Below are positions 14,576 to 16,554 of a stretch of DNA of 16,554 nucleotides, one piece after another. Position 1 is the first letter of the stretch. Every line of letters starts with the position of its first letter. The translations under genes and the position numbers were made by a program. The notes under the pieces are model-generated. The model was given only the letters and a program-made list of their open reading frames with translations. It had not been told where the DNA came from and searched no databases. The DNA is from Acaryochloridaceae cyanobacterium SU_2_1 (GTDB lineage: Bacteria > Cyanobacteriota > Cyanobacteriia > Thermosynechococcales > Thermosynechococcaceae), in the NCBI GenBank assembly GCA_012030735.1, contig JAAUUW010000065.1, forward strand, positions 1-16,554, read 5' to 3'.

Positions 14576-16554
14576 ATGAGTGCGATCGCAGGTATCTTTC
14601 ATCGAGATCATTGTCCCCTTCAGCCCCAACAACTCGAAGAGATGATCCAAGCCCTCGCGCATCGCGGGCCACAGGGTTGCCATAGCTGGCTGCAAGGATC
14701 GATTGGCCTCGGACATTGCTTACTATGGACAACACCTGAATCCATCCATGAGACCCTTCCTCTGCAACAAGAAACCCTCGTAATCACCGCCGATGTTCGT
14801 CTAGATAATCGTCCAGATCTGATCGATCAACTCGATCTTCAAGACCCTGATCTGAGCCAACTGACCGACAGCCAACTGATCCTAGCTGCCTATCAGCGCT
14901 GGGGAAAAAGCTGCCCAGCATATCTGCTTGGGGATTTTGCCTTTGCCCTTTGGGATGGCAAACAGCAACAGCTATTTTGTGCCCGCGATCATTTTGGTGT
15001 CAAACCTTTTTTTTTATCATGCCACCGAGGGGCTGTTTGTTTTTGCCACGGAAATCAAAGCCCTGTTAACTCAGCCAGAGGTTCCCAATCGCTTAAACCC
15101 AGTGAGAGTTGGCGACTATCTCACCTTAATGCTCTTTGACAAGACCATAACCTTCTATGAGCAGGTTCTGCGTCTACCCCCCGCCCATTCCTTGATCGTG
15201 GGGCTAGAGACCTTAGAACTCAACTGCTACTGGGAATTAGACCCTAACTATGAACTGCGTCTAGAGAGCGATGCTGCCTATGTGGAGCAATTTCGGGCAA
15301 TTTTTACAGAGGCCGTTCATTGCCGTCTACGCAGCGCTTTTCCGATTGGCACAATGCTCAGCGGGGGCTTAGATTCCTCCTCTATTACCTGTACAGCAAC
15401 CCAGTTGTTAGAGCAAAGTCACCCGAAGGGTGGGGGTTCAAAATTACCAACCTTTACCGCTGTATTTAACGAAATCACCGCCTCCGACGAGCAAGACTAT
15501 ATTCAGGCGGTGATCGCTCAAGGCCAAATCGAATCCCATGTGATTCAAGGAGATCAACTCAGTCCTTGGACGGAGATTCAACAGGTTCTAAGCCAACAGG
15601 ATGAGCCCCTCTTTGCCTGCAACCTCCATCTCACCAGAGCCTTATACAAAGTGGCTCAAGCAAAACAGGTTCGGGTCATCCTAGACGGATTCGATGGCGA
15701 CATGGCCGTCTCTCATGGCGTAGGCTATCTCAGAGAATTAGCCCGCGCTGGTCACTGGCTAAAACTAGCCCAGGAAATGCAAGGCTTTGCCCTGAGTTTC
15801 AATTACGCTTTCCCCCAGCTCTATTGGTCCTATCTCTATCGATATGGGCTAAGACCGATCCTCAAGCGGACAAAACTACTCAAAGTCCTTCCTAAAATTC
15901 AAAAGATTAAACAAAATAGCTTCGGCACCAAAACGAAAACCAGAGCTGAGGCTTCCCCCCCTTGGTCCCTCCCCCTACAGCCAACCTTTACCGAAGAAAT
16001 TCACCTGCGAGAGCGCTATCAACAGTTATACCAAGCCCGTTTTGGCCCCAGCCAATGCCAACGCCAAGAGCATTACCAGGATGTCACCTCTGGTTTAATT
16101 TCTTGACCCTAGAAGTCATGGATAGAGCCGCAGCACCCCATGGCATAGAATTAAGGTTCCCCTTTTGGGACAAGCGTTTAGTTGAATTCTGTGTCTCCCT
16201 GCCCGCCGAGCAAAAAATGCAACAGGCTGGACTCGGATGATCCTACGTCGAGCCATGGTCGATATTCTGCCCACCAAAATTCAATGGCGCCGAGGCAAAG
16301 GCAATTTAGGGATAGCCTTTGATCACACCTTGCAAAAGTTTGGGAAAGGGCTAATGGCCGAAGTCATCAATCATTCCTCAGACAGCCTCTCTACCTTCAT
16401 CGATATGGCTGATTTAGGTAAAATCTATGAGCGTTTCAACCAAGGCCAAGCAAGCACAGAAGATATCCTATCCCTATGGCAAGCCGTTAACTTATCCCTG
16501 TGGTTAGAGACTCGTCAGTCTTCAACCACAGGGATAAGTCCTAAAGTAAATTAA
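14576..16554 (+). pseudogene. Asparagine-synthetase-like lasso peptide cyclase (C protein), broken into four frames by three frameshifts
   Basis: N-terminus MSAIAGIFHRDHCPL...ALAHRGPQGCHSW..GSIGLGHCLLWTTPES...LVITADVRLDNR. PP-loop SGGLDS lies at 15360-15377. The C-terminal region reads DRAAAPHGIELRFPFWDKRLVEF...GWTRMILRRAMVDILP...RRGKG. Frames run 2 to 3 (T9 run 15007-15015), 3 to 2 (16089-16105) and 2 to 1 (A6 run 16212-16217). The raw length is 1979 nt. The proposed -1/+1/+1 corrections give 1980 nt, or 660 codons including the stop. Confidence 0.85.

Noticed and set aside
14490-14735. ORFs 14503-14685 (plus) and 14490-14735 (minus) at the kinase/cyclase junction
   Set aside because: They overlap the well-supported kinase 3' end and cyclase 5' end in other frames and carry no precursor-like features.
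15007-15015. Programmed ribosomal frameshifting at the T9 tract as the explanation for the split cyclase
   Set aside because: The gene would need three separate shifts in two different directions, plus another in the kinase, and I saw no obvious stimulatory structures. Mutation or sequencing error explains the pattern more simply.
1-16554. Search for CRISPR arrays, tRNA/rRNA genes and known riboswitches
   Set aside because: I saw no regularly spaced direct repeats, no cloverleaf-like or rRNA-like segments, and no riboswitch motifs I recognised in the intergenic regions. This was a scan by eye only, so small ncRNAs cannot be excluded.

Overview
This window looks like cyanobacterial chromosome. 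The octamer GCGATCGC (HIP1) occurs 8 times in 16.5 kb, and hfq, dapF, thyX, a Ctp protease and a pyruvate dehydrogenase E2 all have a cyanobacterial look. From 5' to 3': (i) the 3' end of a Tn5/IS4-type transposase, truncated by the window edge, runs without a stop codon into a small DoxX membrane-protein gene. (ii) About 11 kb of ordinary, intact genes follows: a membrane/HEAT-like protein, a secreted trypsin-like protease, a secreted protein with a C-terminal tandem motif, thyX, a C-terminal processing protease, PDH E2, an M23 peptidase, a small MshEN/T2SSE_N-like protein, hfq, dapF and an M20 amidohydrolase. (iii) The last 4.5 kb (12070-16554) is the accessory part, a co-directional lasso-peptide (RiPP) gene cluster. 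Its genes are a PqqD-like RRE (B1), a transglutaminase-like leader protease (B2), a 2OG-Fe(II) oxygenase, an HPr-kinase-like kinase and an asparagine-synthetase-like lasso cyclase (C) that ends exactly at the window edge. Three points stand out. The cluster carries two candidate tailoring enzymes (hydroxylase plus kinase). I could find no precursor peptide gene in the window. The kinase has 1 reading-frame break and the cyclase has 3; three of the four sit in a short homopolymer run and the fourth lies beside T3 runs. All other genes in the window are intact. I recognised no rRNA, tRNA or CRISPR array.
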